A DNA stretch of 64,000 nucleotides, taken from positions 1,952 through 65,951 of the forward strand of contig JAHFRE010000003.1 of NCBI GenBank assembly GCA_023258955.1, written 5' to 3'. Position 1 is the first letter of the stretch, and each line of letters opens with the position of its first letter. The notes beneath the pieces were generated by a model. It worked only from the letters and a program-made list of their open reading frames with translations. It was not told the DNA's origin and ran no database searches. Source of the stretch: Sterolibacterium sp. GTDB lineage: Bacteria > Pseudomonadota > Gammaproteobacteria > Burkholderiales > Rhodocyclaceae. A program made the translations under genes and the position numbers. Of the stretch, positions 63,162-64,000 are shown piece after piece.

Positions 63162-64000
63162 TCATCCGACTCTCCTGTGGGACAGGGCAGACGGATATAG
63201 GTTGAGACCACCGCAGTGGAAATTGTCGGTGAACTTGAAATTGTCCGGATTGTGATAGCCGCAAGCCCGTTTCTGGACCGTAGCAACTGTGGAGTTCAAC
63301 CCTTCTGCGACGCCGTTGGTGATGCAATGCTTGAAGTAGGTCAGCACATTCGGAGGATGACCAGCGATCAGCTTAGCGACGGCGATCATCTGTGCCAGCC
63401 TGCTATGTGTTGCCCAGAACTGCCAACGCTGCCAGAATCTGGTGACCCGCCCGGTAGTGCGATAGCTCCACAGTTGGCGCAGTGCTTCCCTGATCGCCTA
63501 GGCCCGGCCATTCTTCAGCTCCATCGTCCTGAGTTCGTTGAAGTGTCCTTTCGACGGCTCATTCAGGTTCTCAGGGTTGGTCAGCCGCAGATACTTACTG
63601 CGGGCCAAGGTGTCACCTCCGGTCTTAATCCGCGCCTTGTATTCTTGCTTCCTCACCATATCAACAGCGACGAGGACATGGCGCATGATGTGGAAGCGAT
63701 CGAACACCATTTTCTCGTCGGCACCGGGGACTTTGGCCAGGCAGGCGCCGATATAGGCTGGCCACATGTCCAACCTGATGGCCTCGACGCTATCCAGGCT
63801 TTCCTTGGGAAGCACCTCAATGTAGGCGGCCAGGCTGGCTTCCTTGCGGTCCTTGCCGCTGTATTCCACGGTTGCTTCTTCCAGATCGCAAACCAGAGTC
63901 ATGCAACGATGGCCCTTGGCCATGGCCTTCTCGTCGATACCGATCTGGCGAGGTGTCAGGTTGACCTTAGCTGCGTGCCCACGAATCACCGATTTCTCAA
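63162..64000 (-). pseudogene. ISL3-family transposase, 5' part beyond the window, interrupted by an in-frame TAG
   Basis: ...ELKNGRA-TAG(63498..63500)-AIREALRQLWSY...FWATHSRLAQMIAVAKLI...GLNSTVATVQKRACGYHN...HCGGLNL. Both ORF-track fragments are in the same frame. The stop sits where this family usually has Trp (RAWAIKE). Confidence 0.8.

Noticed and set aside
60524-63327. Long antisense ORFs across tonB, exbB and exbD (60524..61321, 61346..62551, 62175..62930, 62626..63327)
   Set aside because: The sense-strand genes carry unmistakable TonB, ExbB and ExbD motifs. The antisense products are Arg/Gly/His-rich artefacts.
56638-63500. Idea that the in-frame TAA and TAG in the two transposases indicate stop-codon reassignment or programmed readthrough
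   Set aside because: All other genes in the window terminate normally at TAA, TAG or TGA with sensible lengths. Two independent transition mutations in decaying IS copies is the simpler explanation.
1-64000. CRISPR arrays, rRNA and tRNA genes (including a tRNA at the prophage boundary)
   Set aside because: No regularly spaced direct repeats and no cloverleaf-like sequences were seen in the intergenic regions, including 52043..52109 and 56349..56410.

Overview
GC-rich proteobacterial chromosome segment dominated by one large siphovirus-type prophage, from about 3.98 kb to 52.07 kb. Its left end (integrase, att) is not in the window. Order of content: (1) An orphan locus at 1-3.7 kb with two unknown ORFs, a DUF2188-like ORF and a convergent pair of nuclease-like genes. 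(2) An excisionase-like HTH gene and a translationally coupled replication/recombination module: AAA ATPase, SSB-like protein, SF2 helicase, Cas4-like nuclease, Toprim/P4-type primase-helicase, RuvC-like resolvase. (3) An antisense cargo block carrying a hemerythrin and yefM-yoeB. (4) Packaging genes: HNH, a P27-like small terminase, then an inserted ParB-methylase/HU/DUF3489-like block, then large terminase, portal, S49 protease and HK97-type capsid. (5) A ~10 kb block of unassigned structural genes. It includes a 2334-aa ORF with three LamG-like domains, three copies of another ~150-aa domain, and about 38 strictly 20-residue-periodic E-x5-D repeats. (6) Head-tail joining genes, tail tube, a chaperone pair with a canonical -1 slippery heptamer, an 1862-aa tape measure, tail tip genes and a fibre with an S74 chaperone domain. 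(7) A lysis cassette. To the right lies a visibly lower-GC block that looks like the deleted remnant of a second, related prophage. It is followed by an IS200-type element whose tnpA has an in-frame TAA, two MFS transporters, tonB-exbB-exbD-exbD, and an ISL3-type transposase with an in-frame TAG. I saw no rRNA, tRNA or CRISPR array. All family names come from recognising motifs by eye, not from searches.
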